From: Epiperipatus broadwayi
Taxonomy: Eukaryota > Animalia > Onychophora
Assembly: GCA_028023455.1 (NCBI GenBank)
Contig: JAQFVV010000007.1
Span: 14,012,001-14,076,000, forward strand
DNA length: 64,000 bases
Direction of reading: 5' to 3'
The notes under the pieces: model-generated
Seen by the model: the letters and a program-made list of their open reading frames with translations, nothing else
What the model was told of the DNA's origin: nothing
Database searches by the model: none
Shown: piece by piece, positions 13,185 through 26,423 of the stretch
Position numbering within the stretch: the first letter of the stretch is position 1
Layout of the letters: each line of letters begins with the position of its first letter
Position numbers and translations under genes: made by a program

Positions 13185-14245
13185 TATTATAGACAATTTA
13201 AAGGATTGAGTATGGGGAATAGTATGAGTGGATTGTTAGCTGCTATATTTATGGATGATTATGAAGATAAATATTTTTGTGTTACAAAATATAAGCCTGT
13301 TTTTTGGGTTAGGTATGTTGATGATTATTTTTTAGTGTTCAATGGCAATTATAGAAAATCTGAATGTTTTATAAGGTATATTAATTCAATTGATGATGGC
13401 ATTAGTTTTACTATGGAAAAAGAAAAAAAATAATGTAATTACTTATATGGATGTTATAATAAAAAAAGTTATTAAAAATTGTAAGGTTGATATTGAAACT
13501 AGTGTATTCAGAAAAGAAACTTTTTATGGTTTGTTAAGTAGTTGGGATTCAGATATTGAATATGAACATAAAATTAATATTATTAATAATAGGATAAACA
13601 GAGCAATTAATTTATGTTCTGAAGAAAAATTGTTTATAAAAGAAATTAGTAATATAAAAGAGGAAGGTATAAAAAATAATTATCCAGTTAAAATTATTGA
13701 TAAATTATGTAATAAAAAAAATATTAAAAAAATAATAAAAGAAAAATGGGAAAGATGTAAATAATTTTATATATAATAGTTACAATATTTCTAGAGATAC
13801 TTTTATGAAGATTAAAAAGATTATAAAAAGTATAAATAATAAATACAAAGGGGAAAGTAGGTTAATTATTAAACCAGTATATAAAAAGAAATTGAATTTA
13901 GGAAATTTAATCAATGATACAAAAAATATAGAAACTGACAAAATGAATGGAATATATTTAGTTGAATGTTTAAATTGTAAGAGGGAGGGGGGTAAGGTTT
14001 CATATATTGGTACAACTAAGAATAAATTAAAAACTAGACTTAGACAACATTTGTATGACAAAAATTCAAATATTTACATTCATTGTAAAGGTTTAGGTCA
14101 TAAAGAATTTAGTATTAAAATGTTAGAAAGGGTTAAAAATTACAGGGAAAGGATGGTTAAAGAATTTTTTTATATAAAAAAATATAATCCTACTCTAAAT
14201 AGAATTAATGGAGTAGATAAGGAATATAAATTACTGTCTAATTAA
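13185..14245 (+). pseudogene. PLE2 RT C-half + thumb + GIY-YIG endonuclease, frameshifted, 5'-truncated (right arm)
   Basis: ORFs 13155-13433, 13390-13764 and 13805-14245 join into one PLE ORF after correcting frameshifts in A-runs. Confidence 0.92.
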
Positions 14246-14644
14246 AATAAATGCTTAATGGGTTTAGGTAAATTGTTAGAAGTTTTTTTGTATAAAAGAG
14301 AGAGAGGGGGGGAGGGGAATGTTTAAATTTGTTTTATATTCATTTAAATATATAGTTTAGGAATGTAGTTTTAAGATGGGTTTTAGATAAAATTTAAAGA
14401 AAGGGGGAGGTTTTTGGAAATTAGAGTTGGTATTTAAATTTGTATAGAAAGTTTCTTGGATGATTTTAAGATATATTTGTAATTAAACAATGTAAATAAA
14501 AAAAAAGAGTAATAAAATATAGCAGTGGGAGAAAGCTGTAAGTAAAATCTATTTCTATATGTTTAATATGTTTGCTATTGTGTTAATGTAAGAGAAAGTT
14601 TTTATGTAATTGAAGTTTATTTGTTGATATGTATTTAATATTGT

Positions 14645-14702
14645 TGCAGATCCTTGAAAATGACTGTATGAGATAAAACAGTTGAAACATTGGAGTTTTG
14701 TA
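14645..14702 (+). ncRNA. Minimal type-I hammerhead, U3-A8 variant (PLE2 right pLTR)
   Basis: Same as the left copy but stem III AACGTT is changed to AACATT (CpG-type transition). Confidence 0.65.
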
Positions 14703-16300
14703 TATTAATGTATATATATGTTCAGTATTGAGATAAAAAATAAAGTTTTTGAAAAGAAAAAAGGAGAAGGATTTTTTATTTGTTGATATTATTGTAGAAC
14801 ATATATATTTTAAAAGAAAAAGTGGATGTACCTTTGCTGCGTTATTATATATTATTAATACTTCAATAATTGAAAAATTCAACAATAATACACTTTCAAA
14901 ATAAATTCAAAAGTAAGCCTTATAATAAGAAATTTATTTATTTAATTTTCAAATTGGGTTCAAATCATACTCTGTATTTTTATAATACTAGTAGCAAACA
15001 TATTTTGTAATAGTTCTTTTTCTACTTAGTTTGTAACCTAATTAGTTATATAAGATAATGCTGTAATAAATATAGCAAAACATTTTTAATGTCTGCAACT
15101 GAAAACGTTTTTTATTATTTACTTATTTAGATACAGGAGAGTCACATTCAGTGTGGTACACCAGAATCATAGCTCTCACTGATTGGCTAGGTGTGCTGCC
15201 ATATTTTGTGAGAAATAACTGTGATAATTATTTAAATTAAATTTTAAATACTCCATTTGTTTGAAAATTGAATAATATTTTTATTATTATTTATGATATG
15301 GTTGTGGTTAGTGATAAACCATGCCTCCTTAACTTTCCTCTTTCTGACATTTTATTCCATGCATAGTAGATTGATGTTCCTTGGATTAAAGGCATGACTG
15401 AATTTTTATTCATGTTCCCAGGAGATGGATATATTTGAGATTATTTTCTGAAAGCTTATATAGATATCACTGTTGGGTGACATTTGTGGTGACATTTGCT
15501 CTCAATTTCCCATAATATACACTTGGACAGACAGTGCTTCTGCATTGGATTTTTTATATAATCTGTGGCATGTCCTTCAGTGGCAGATTATATTTAACAT
15601 TGTTAATTAATCTGTTAAGATTGTATTGAAAAAGAAAATAGTATGAATTATACTAAATTTAACTATTTATAAACATGAAATGAATCTTTGTAAACATTTC
15701 ATAGAAATTTCATCTTTTATTTAACATATGTGCATCAGAATTTATAATTTTGCACTTAAAAATTTGCTAAATAAAATTAACTCTTAAAATTGACTCATAG
15801 TAAATCGAAAGATTTTGCATATATTACTATATGAAAAAAACTAATGGATATAGAAGTGAACAGAGTAACATCTTCACCCTCTCAAACCACGATGCTTCAG
15901 ATTAGCATAAATAAATTAGAGTTTAGGTTAAAGATAAGATGGTCATTCTTATCTTTATAAAGCTTCTATCTTGTGTTTGGGTTTAAGAGTTTTCCTGTAC
16001 TGAACACAGCTTTGTTGATCTTATATAAATTAATACAGTGCATATGTAAAAAGATGAAAATATTTTCTATTTAAATAAATGAAATTATGTTATTATAATA
16101 ATAGATAAATAAAGGAGTTTATTATAAATTTATCCCAAGACAGTTGTATAATTTAAAATTTCTATCTAAAAAATTCAAAGTTTAATGCAATGGTGATATA
16201 AAGATATTGATAGCTAAAGGACTCTGGTTTTAAATCCAAAATTTCACTTTTGAAGATTGAATATCAAAATTTTGACAAATTGATTGTTATTATTGTTATT

Positions 16301-16501
16301 AAAACAGGCAAAACTCTCCATACAGTAATGCCACTTAGTGCAGCTAGAGTAATCACTGGATGCCAGAAAGCTTGTGCATAAAATCCCTATCATTGATTAC
16401 TCTGGCTTGCAATGAGTGGCACTACTATATGGAGAGTTTTGCCTGTTTTAAGAACAGTTATGAGCCAGCATAAGAAATGGTGATCATATGATGTTTGGTG
16501 G
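16301..16501. mobile_element. Family B fold-back insertion
   Basis: aaaacaggcaaaactctcc.. / ..ggagagttttgcctgtttt inverted arms; TATTATTGTTATT at 16288-16300 and 16502-16514. Confidence 0.8.
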
Positions 16502-17510
16502 TATTATTGTTATTGTTGTTTGTGATGGAGGAATATTATTTTTATTATTGCTGATAATTAATGGATAAAGCCTGACATGAAATTAAATAATTTAGTGAAA
16601 ATCATCTTTCCTAGTAAGGATGAAATAAAATACAGTTTATATAAATAAAAAATTCATAAAATAAAAAGATTTATGCCTAAAATTTTTATATATTATAGCT
16701 TAAATGCATCTGGATTAGTATTTTATATTAAGAAGAGTTTTCACATTGAATACCTGTGATTGTGCTTATTTAAATTAATTATTTGTTTGGCTTCAGATTG
16801 TTATTAACTCCCAATGTGTTTAAAACATTATATGATTTTGTCATGCTGTAAATACAATTCTGAATGTAAATGAAACTATTTGAACAATTGTATACATCTG
16901 ACTTGATTTCAAAAATCTATGCTGATTTAAATTTGAGATTGTCATTCAAAGACTGGAGTCAAAGGTGGTTTCTAGATACATTACTTCTAGATTTAAATCC
17001 CAAGCATCATTGATAACAGCAAGAGTCAGAATCCAGTCTGAGGATGGGAATTAAAAGAGCAATATCTCACTATGTTTTTAGCTTGCAATAGATGGCATGA
17101 GTATAGAGAGTGGATTTTGTTTTACTTTGAAATATTAGTATAAGCTGTTCTCTTGAGGTAATATTAATTTAATTAAGAATTATAACGGATAAAAAATGTA
17201 ATTAATCCTTCACAATTAATACTTTTATATTTATATTTTTGTTACATATTTTATTTTGTTAAAAATAATTGAATGGTTTATTGTTTGAATGAATATGAGA
17301 TATTTAAGTATCCAAAATGATATATTCACTCAAAATCCATTAATGCTTTGAGTTTAACTTCATTTCCAATGTACTGCACTATAAGTATTGCAATAACAAT
17401 CTGATAACTATCAATGGTAGTCAACGTAAAGAAATTAGGCAGTAAAAAGGACAAAGTATAAAACTATTATTATAAGCAATAGTTTTATGCAAGTTATAAG
17501 CAAGTAAGAT

Positions 17511-17712
17511 ATCATCATCAACCACTATCAATCCACTGCAGGATAAAGGTCTCTCCAAGTTCAATCCATCAGAATTCACTGGTTTTTAGCTTCTCTTCTC
17601 CACATCACCCCTGCACATTTTCTTATTTCATCCATACATCTCACATGTGGTCTCTTTTTGGGTCTTTTACAATCTTTTGGAAGCCATTTTAAGATTTCAA
17701 TTGTCTGAGTAA
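17511..17712 (-). mobile_element. RTE-clade LINE 3' end fragment
   Basis: WLPKDCKRPKKRPHVRCMDEIRKCAGVMWRREAKNQ and (GAT)n tail, homologous to 58810-58985. Confidence 0.8.
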
Positions 17713-19599
17713 GATATATAATAATCAACTTGATAAAATTGTTAATAGTCATTTCATTGTGATATTGAAATTGTAGGCGCTTCATTAATTGTTATAGTTC
17801 ATTTTAGAAAATAATAAAGATGTTGTAGAGTCACATGTTCAATCTTGTTTATTATAAATTTGTAAAGACACAGTATTTTACCAAATTACAGAAATAGGAA
17901 GTAATAAAAGTTCAATATTTGTCTGAATGTTTGCGATGAAGGCATTTTGATAGTAATTATATATTGGACTATTTTCATCTCGTAATATTATTTATTAAAT
18001 GTTTCTAGAAAAATTCAGACTTTATTTAAACTTTAGTTTCTACAAACACACTTTTTAGTGAGTTGAGTGGTATGTTCTCTTCTGTTTTTTGGGGGTGTTT
18101 CTGGCCTAGAGAGCAATAGCACTAGCATGGAAATCATATCTGGACTTTTAGATTTGTGAATATTAAGCTGAAAATTATGTTTCATTATATTTAAAACAAT
18201 CAATTTAAATTTATAAAAATTTGTAATTAAAATCAAATACCCACACGCACAAAGATAAACTCCACTCAAAAAAATAACTAATCCATTATGTTATGGTCTA
18301 TGTATTAATGACATAAAAGTAGTAACTATTTTATAATAGTAGGAAAGTAAAACAAATTGTATAGTTAATTACTTGAGAAATCAAATATAGATAGGAAACA
18401 ACAGTTACATTTATATTAGCAAAGTGTTACTTCATTCTTTATACTGTTATGCATTGCTGTGCACATTGGCAGATTAGCAGATGTGCTTAAAACTTTTGTT
18501 TTGAAGATTAATCTAGCTTTCCAGATGTTAGAACACCATATGCCTTTCTGAGAATTTAGTGCACCTGTACAAAAATAATCAAAATGGTTTAAATTGTTCA
18601 AAAAATTGTTTTTCTGGAGTTTGTAAGAAATTTGAAGCAGCAAATGGCAGAAATGAGTTCTAATCCATGGATCTTAAGTACTAGATTTAAAATCTTCTCT
18701 ACTACATAAAACCATGCAGAAACAATAATACTCAAAGTTTGTATTGCTCAGAAAATCATAAAAAAATGCAAGCATGAGAAAAAACAGAGCTAATCTGGAA
18801 TTCATGGACTTTGAACTCTAGAGTCTGCTGGTTTATCATCTCTCAACTTTACAGATGATAAGTTAATTATTTATTACCATTATATTAAATTGAAAAATAC
18901 AAGAATGCACAGCATATTGAATCATTAGATGCAGTTTTAAACATGGGTACTAGAGTGAACTGTGTTAATTGGGCATCTAATTGCACAAAACTAAAGTCAA
19001 AGACAAGTAAAGTATCACTCATTTAGTGAATATTACTGTGTGATAAATATATAAATCCTTTTATCAGCTGAAAACATACAGTATGTGTCTGTATTTAAAC
19101 AAGGTATGGTTTTGTTAACATTTATAATAAAGCTTTATTGAGATACTAGAATAAATTGTGTTAAAATGATAACACATCAGTATTAGTAGTGCTAAGATAT
19201 TGTTTGCTGTAGGAGTTACTTCATGCATTAACATAACATACTAAAATATATTTATGGGAATACGACATAAAGCCAGCAATAATCCAAACAATTATCACCC
19301 ATAAGTTATAATTATGGATTCCATAAAAGCTTTTTGAAAAAATCATATCCACAATAATTTTGTGTGTAATTAAGTCATCTGCATATTTATCAAGCTGGAT
19401 TTCGATGGGAAGAACATACTTTGAATAAGTTTTATTTTTAGTAAATCACACTATAAATGGCTTTCAAAATAAATTAAAAGTTATTCTACTTTTATTGGTA
19501 TAATCTCTGCTTATAATTTTGTTTGCAAAAATAATTTTTTTCTAAAAGTTCTTTTTAAATTATTGAATGCAAGAAAATTTACCTGATAAAATTATCTCT

Positions 19600-20300
19600 A
19601 ATAAAGTATGGAAATGTAACTAAATTATAATTCTACCAGATACAAATATTTACAGAATGGTCTATTACATGGTTCATTCTCTCTACTTACTTTATTTATT
19701 ATGTTCATTAGCGACTTTCCAAAAATAATGCAAAAAAAAAATTGTCTTTTCTGATGACACCATTTTGACTTATAAGATTCTTTCTTGAAATAGAAAAGTC
19801 TCAATAAGGATATGAAAAGATTTTTTTAAAAAAGATTTGAGCCTCTTTCTTAATCCAATGAGGGCAGTATGCCCAATTTTTTATCTAAACACAAAATCTC
19901 CTAATTTGAATAAAACTTCAGTAATAATAGAATGGAGTGCAATCCTATCCCATGTCATTTGGAAAGAACTTTGGATCATACCTTATTTTAATTGTTTATT
20001 TAAGGTTAAATCAAAATTAAATTATAGGAATAACCTTCTTGGAAAGACATCTGACAACATGTACTATATGAGTAACTTGTTTTTTTAAGTATTGGTATAA
20101 ACGTTTGGTGACTCTTTTGTTCTTGTTGAAAAAAAAGTCCACACTATAAACTACTGGACACTCAATTAAAATATTACCATCATAAAGATAATAATAGCAA
20201 TTTCAGGTCTACTTTTTGCAATGACTTCCTGCTTTTTCATTTACACCATATATGAGAAAAGAAAGTATTTCCCAGAAAATATAATTAATGTTAAACAGGT
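19600..20300 (+). mobile_element. Decayed non-LTR retrotransposon RT (Ingi/Vingi or I-group-like)
   Basis: QNGLLHGS..TLF..ISDFP, FSDDT, LNPMRA, RNNLLGK, LLDTQL motifs across frames. Confidence 0.5.
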
Positions 20301-21416
20301 CAGACTTGATAATGACTCAATATATACTTTCCATATTTAAGACTTGTCTCAAATAAAGATCCTCTTTCTGAATTTTCAATCAATAATCTACAACTGAAAA
20401 ATTGTGACAAAAAATGGTCTTATAAAATTCCAAACAAATATGTTTTTTTCCAGATCCATCAATAAAATTAGATGAAATAAATCTTACATATAAATGGAAT
20501 TTTATTAATAGATTCAAGGCAAGTCATGATCTGTGTGCTCTCTGATTTATAAATGGAATTTCATGGTCTCTTATTTATGAAAATGTGGAAAGACACATAT
20601 TGTTAGCCAAATAGTTAATTACTTTCAAATGCCTGGTACCATGTGATAATTGAAGTACTCCATCTTTCAAGATTTCACTGGCTTCTTATTAAGAGATTTA
20701 GGACAACTCAGCCATTATGCTTGTCTTCCTCATATATAGAAAAGAACAATCACTGATCTATGTAGATATGGACAATTACAAATCATGAAGCAAATAGATT
20801 GACTGTCAAATCTATGGTTTCAAAAGTAGAGCTGAGAGATTTAGTAGATTCATTAGTGAATCTATTTCTTGAGCACAAGTTTCATTAGATGTTTTAATAA
20901 TAGTTAAGCTATCTGAGGAGAGGGGGTTAAATAAACGGTGATATTAAGTAAATCGCATTTGATTTCGGCAGTAATTCTAAAAGAAATGTACTATTTAAAT
21001 CAAAGTTTATATATAATTTATTATAAGAAATATAAAAATCTGCAATATGTGAGCCATATGAATTAAAAAGTAATTATCGTATGCTAAAACAAATAAAATG
21101 CCGAAGTGAATATTTTAAGATTAAACGAGAAGAGGAAAATATACATTTTAATCTAACCCAGCATAATTTGATAAAATTTGCATTTTAGAATGATTACTCC
21201 AAAATATTTTATGTATTGATGTGAGATTAAGACCATTTGGGAATATTAGAAAGAAACTTTTCAGAGATTTATCAAATATTAATGTATTAAAAAATATTTG
21301 GTAATTTATTATACTTTTTATATTTAAATTTTGAAAACTAACTAATATATATATATATAATTAAAATGGTTTATAGTAATAATCAAATGGTTTTATTAGC
21401 TTCACAATTTCAGCAT

Positions 21417-21474
21417 TGGATATGATCCAAGGATCTTATACTTCTTAATCTGGCACGTCTACCGCTGCACTAAA
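21417..21474 (-). mobile_element. tRNA-like SINE head
   Basis: TTTAGTGCAGCGGTAGACGTGCCAGATT..GGATCATATCCA (A-box and B-box-like). Confidence 0.5.
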
Positions 21475-21509
21475 TATCATAGGGATTATATATATATATA
21501 TATAATATT

Positions 21510-21845
21510 TAAATATATGTATATTGTCTATACTAAACTTAATACAATTATAAAATAGTTGAACTCAGACTTTTAAGCTCCCTATACCTATCCAGTCCAT
21601 CGTATACAACGTAAGCACATTACCATATTCATGTGAAAAAGTTGCATGATTTCTAATATATGTATTTCGTGCTGAACAAGCACTCATCAGTTGGTCCAGA
21701 TAATCTCCCTCACTTGTATACGTACAATCAGTGCCCAGTTTATATTAAGATAGCAAATCTTCAAACTTGAATGGGCATGCTTCAATCTTCTCCACTCTGC
21801 AACATAAGATGGATTGATAAGTATAGGGAGGTTGAAAGTCTATAT
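21510..21845. mobile_element. Family A insertion with short fold-back arm
   Basis: Minus arm 21510-21802 carries an HHR; 21803-21841 is the reverse complement of 21567-21606. Confidence 0.8.
21653..21694 (-). ncRNA. Type-I hammerhead ribozyme (family A), core intact
   Basis: CCAA CTGATGA GTGCT tgttc AGCAC GAAA TACATAT A TTAG. Confidence 0.85.
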
Positions 21846-22559
21846 ATGTTAAATATTTGAATATAAATTTATATGTTGTAATAACCATAACAGAAATATA
21901 TCATGAAATTACTTATCTTTATAAAAAAGCAGAAATATGCAAATAAATGCAACAAAGATAATATAAATTTATTTCCTGTTTCTCATTTTCCCTTTTTTTT
22001 TCCTTTTTGCCTTCTCCACTTTGTCTCTTCTCTTTTATTCCTCCTCTTTATATTTTTTTTTCTATCTGTTCACCTTTTTTCTTTTTTCTCTCTATCAGTT
22101 TCACATCCAGAAAATACAGTTATCAAACTTATTTTTATTGTAATATTAATTTAAAAACCAGTGATATGGTATTTCTCTGCTTTGGTTTGTACCTCTTTAA
22201 ACGTGCTATTTTATTGCAATGTTACATTTTTAATAAAATACGTTTAATATATATATATATATATGCTTTGTAATTATAAGAATTTTATTCTTATTGATGC
22301 TTACTATTTTTTTTTATCATTATTTAGAAATTGCGCAGTATTTTTAACAAATATAGCATTTCAATAAAGTAATTTATTTACTTATTTGTGGAAATTTTTT
22401 TTTTTAGCAATTTATATCAACAGCTGGTCATTCACACGAAAATCTGGTTCATTTCAATGGAAAAAAGAAGACTAAAAGATAAAATAAAATAACAACACAA
22501 CATTATATTAGAGATGAAGTTTTCAATCATCATCAAACCAATGTATGAGCCACAAATCA

Positions 22560-22760
22560 TTATCATCATTTTTAAACATTATTAATACATATCAGGATGA
22601 TGGTCTCTCCTAATTTAATCCAGTTTCTCCAATTTCTACCATCTTTTCTCTGCATCACATCAGCAACATTCTTATTTTGTCATGTCCATCTCACAAGTGG
22701 TCCCTTTCTAAATCTTTTACATCTTCTACTGTCCATCTATTATCATCTAGAAATGAGTTG
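22560..22760 (-). mobile_element. RTE-clade LINE 3' end fragment
   Basis: Similar to 17511-17712 and 58800-58985. Confidence 0.65.
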
Positions 22761-22869
22761 GATGCATTACTAAAAAAGATGATAATAGATGAATGTTTGA
22801 AATCATAAACTGGATTTCAAGAGATAATACAAGATCTAAAACCACAAATACATCCACATAGAAGACTTG

Positions 22870-23900
22870 CTAATCCATTATTAACTTTATTTGATATTTT
22901 ATGTTGCTGTCTTTTTATGTTTCTGCAGCAACTATTAGATTTAATTGTAACTTTCCAGTGCATTTTATTCTTGACCATATCTTACCAATAAAAACCATCA
23001 ACATTGCATTTCTTTATCACATCTTTTAGATAATCTTTATAATGTACATATGGTTTATCTCTCCCATGAAAATATGCTCAAATTCATCTTAAAAACTGTC
23101 TATAAAGTATTGTAAAATGTCTAATTTGATAAAGAGGTTATTTGACTATTGTGACCTCTATAGTAGCATCTAGTGACTTAAAGATAATCTATATTGTTTT
23201 TTATGATTTTACCATGGGATTTTACAAAATTTTCAGGACATAAATAACATCAATAGTTACTGGTGATGACAGTTATAAACCTCTAGTGTGCCTACTCTTG
23301 TGCAACAGCATAAAATGTGTCAATGTGTCTTATAACATAATCTATGATACAACCATATGTTAACATTGAATTTTGTCTTAAATTTGAAAAACCTGATACT
23401 GAAACATTTAAAATAATTCAAACTGTATTTTGAAATTGAGCAAAAAATTTCCAAATGGTTTTTAATATTTCATGATGACAGGGAAAACATCAAATATGAT
23501 AAGCAGAGGTACAAAACATACTGACACATTTCATATTATAATTTATAATCCAGATATACTACCAACTTAAAATGTTTGTGTTGATTAGGTAAATTAGTTT
23601 ACTACATAAGAAATTCCTTGATTGATTTAAAAGGGAACCATTCACCTATTAACTGGGACACACTTTGCATAATCCATTCACAGAACAACTAAGTTTGAAC
23701 ATACATAGAATAATAACAAATCACAAATGAGATCCATGTAGAGTCCTTTTAATAAACCTATAAACAATGCCAACATTTCATATCAATGTTAATATATAAT
23801 TTAAATAAAGAAAAATCCATCTTCATCCAACATCAAGCTATTATGTGGTAAATAAATCAAACATTGGCTACATATTTAATAATTTTAATTTATTTCATAC
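22870..23900 (-). mobile_element. Decayed RTE-like LINE RT/3' region
   Basis: KPYVHYKDYLKDVIKKCNVD..W..KMHWK resembles RTE C-termini; upstream FHQ/KIL..W-like residues. Confidence 0.45.
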
Positions 23901-25151
23901 TTATTAAAATTACCTAGAATTCATAACTTAATCATTTTTAAACTGTAAGCTGATTTGATGAATACTTTATAAATATCATAGGAATGTAAAATTTTACCTC
24001 TTTGAAATATCAATGTCTAACTTATATTATTTAAATTAAAATGGACTATTATTTATTTAGTAATAAATTATCATTGATATAAAAAAAATAATATTGTTTG
24101 CAAATTTATAAAAATATATTTATAGAAATTTGTGAATTATAACTGTGGTTTGCATATTTAATCATAATTAGGCAGTAAATGGATTTCATATTTTTACGGT
24201 TACATATTTTTAAAGCCATAGTCTATTTCATTTTTCTTAAAGTTGTTAATCTTGTGATAAGATTTGCAGATATCCATTGTTGCATTTAGTTGCATAGTCT
24301 TAAGGTTATGGCCTTAATATATATTCCATGTATGTATATGAAAATGCAAAAAAAAAAGAATATTATAGCCTTGTAAATAGCTACAAATCATATGTCAAAT
24401 ATAGGAGAAAGTATTTCTCATGATTTGTGTCTTCTACATGTCAAAGTTTTTGATTATTTCCTTAGTGGTAATTTCAAATAATAATACAACATTTAGTTTT
24501 AATCTTACAACCTCTACTAAATATTATGATTCAATAAATTTTATTTGATTTATTAGAAATACAAGTTTACAAATGAAAAGCATACTTAAAAATCATCTTT
24601 GAAACTTTCCAAATATTGAAATAACTTGGAAAGTGAAATGTATTAGGAAAACAATTACTTGCTTCTTATTGGCTGTTTGTCAAATGTTATTGAAAAAAAT
24701 TAACAAACACTTTGTTGAATGTATTTTATTTTTTAAATATGAGTGAATAATTAATTATAAGGTCATGATAAAGCTATAAAATTTTATTCTAAACTTTGAA
24801 GTTTTATTTATAATTATTTGAATACTACTAAAGTCTAATATTGTTGCATTTGACAGAATTTATGGATTCTAGCTTTTTTATCATTGCTTTGAATTTTTTA
24901 ACATGTATTTTTAAAAATAGTATATATTTCACAAAAGTCCAAGAGTAAACATGTATATATTTCACTATTTTATAATTTTTATTTTAATATTTCTTCTACT
25001 AGATTTGTTTATATTTTAATATCTATATCTAGAAATAAATAATTCATCACAACTATTCTATAATAAGATTTTATTTGCTTGCAAAGAAAAGTTTAATTTA
25101 TTTAAATTTTAAATAATAATTAGCTGAACAATATTTTCACTAGAATGTTAT

Positions 25152-25311
25152 GTTTGTGGTGTTCAAACTCAGGAGGTGACACTATTATTGAAAGAACATA
25201 ATAACTTAATAAAAAGTACTTACTATGTAAATTTGTTAATTTACATTAACTACCTTTTTTTACATTTTTTTTTTAATTATAGTGTCAGCTGCTGAGTTTG
25301 AACACCACAAA
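25152..25311. repeat. MITE-like inverted repeat
   Basis: tttgtggtgttcaaactcagg..tgacacta / tagtgtca..ctgagtttgaacaccacaaa, about 32-bp arms. Confidence 0.55.
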
Positions 25312-26302
25312 TACAATCTTTTAAGTTGAAAGCATTACTCATCTAATTATGATTTAAAATTTAAATCAATTAATCTTTTCTTTGGAAGCAAATAAATGTT
25401 TGTCATAGAATTACATAGTAAAAGAAAAGTAAAATTGTTATAGAAATAATCATAACTATATTAACACCAAATCATTATTTCCATCTGCAAAATAAAAACA
25501 AAAGTGTAATCAAAAAATTTATTGCTTGGGAATTCTTAAGAAGTTCAGTCATTAAAAGTGACACATCTGGATTCTATTTCATTGACCTTGAAGCCAGGCG
25601 TCTAGCATTTTATCACTATACCAAATTATGCAGGATATGTTCAACTGCATGAAAGAATGCCATAACAAACTACTTCCGATATCCTATGCTCAGTAGTTTA
25701 TGAAAAGTTCGAGCACTGGAAATTATAGATCTGGACTAAGATCCATGGACCTTGAGGTCCAGGGTCTGGCACCATATCTCGTAAAATGAAGCAACCGCAA
25801 ACTACCTTCTATATTATGTTGAAAAATTTATAAATAAATACAATGATCGCCAGGAATCGACTCCGACTCGATGACATCTAATATGTAATATATAAGTTAG
25901 TTTAAATTTAATAAAACATTTTATTAAACTCAACCTTTCTTTTATTTTCTGTGTATGTTTTATTTCAAGCGGAAAACATAAAATTTAATGTAATATATTA
26001 TTTATTTCAGAATAAATGTAAAACATTATTTATATGGAATTTTTATTTCCCTTAAGTAAAATAAAAATGAAATTCACAAATTGTTCATTTGTTTAAAGAC
26101 ACTTTCTGTCAAGAACATTCTAACATTTTTTAAGTAAGCAATAAATTTAGTTTGTTTTTACTCAGTTTAGTTTTCTGCGATTTTCTATTAGTATTCTTCC
26201 TATTCTTTATAAGTATGCTACGCCGGCTTCTCTCATATGTCAAATCACGAATCCGCAGATGTAAAGATTTAAGCCTAAGTATGAAAATTTCTTAAAATAT
26301 TG

Positions 26303-26423
26303 ATGACTGGGTTGACCTGGAGGGCAGCCGAGACTTCAGTTTCACAGGCTCACTGGAGTAACTACAACCACTTGAAAGCTAAAAATAGACTTCTGACAAC
26401 CAGAGGCACCTTCAGTACATTAG
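26303..26423 (+). other. Candidate exon (40 open codons from ATG to a TTAG|GTATTT donor-like site)
   Basis: GC-richer than background, inside a CpG-retaining patch; MTGLTWRAAETSVSQAHWSNYNHLKAKNRLLTTRGTFSTL is not recognised. Confidence 0.2.

Larger units (their letters stand above)
11543..14852. mobile_element. Young Penelope-like element PLE2 inserted as a 3.3-kb head-to-head palindrome with target-site duplication
   Basis: Arms 11539-13166 and 13185-14790 are near-identical reverse complements with an 18-nt spacer; 16-bp direct repeat TATTAATACTTCAATA at 11527-11542 and 14853-14868. Confidence 0.93.

Noticed and set aside
11539-14790. PLE2 palindrome as a fold-back read or amplification chimera
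   Set aside because: The symmetry stops at the element ends, the flanks are unique with a 16-bp direct repeat, and the arms differ in substitutions and (CT)n length. Read-level confirmation is still advisable.
12287-14885. Antisense ORFs 12287-12568, 13780-14061, 11501-11746 and 14583-14885
   Set aside because: They are shadow frames on the opposite strand of A-rich PLE2 sequence, duplicated by the palindrome.
25835-25875. GAGTCGATTCC B-box on minus as a tRNA gene
   Set aside because: No cloverleaf or A-box; at most a SINE fragment.
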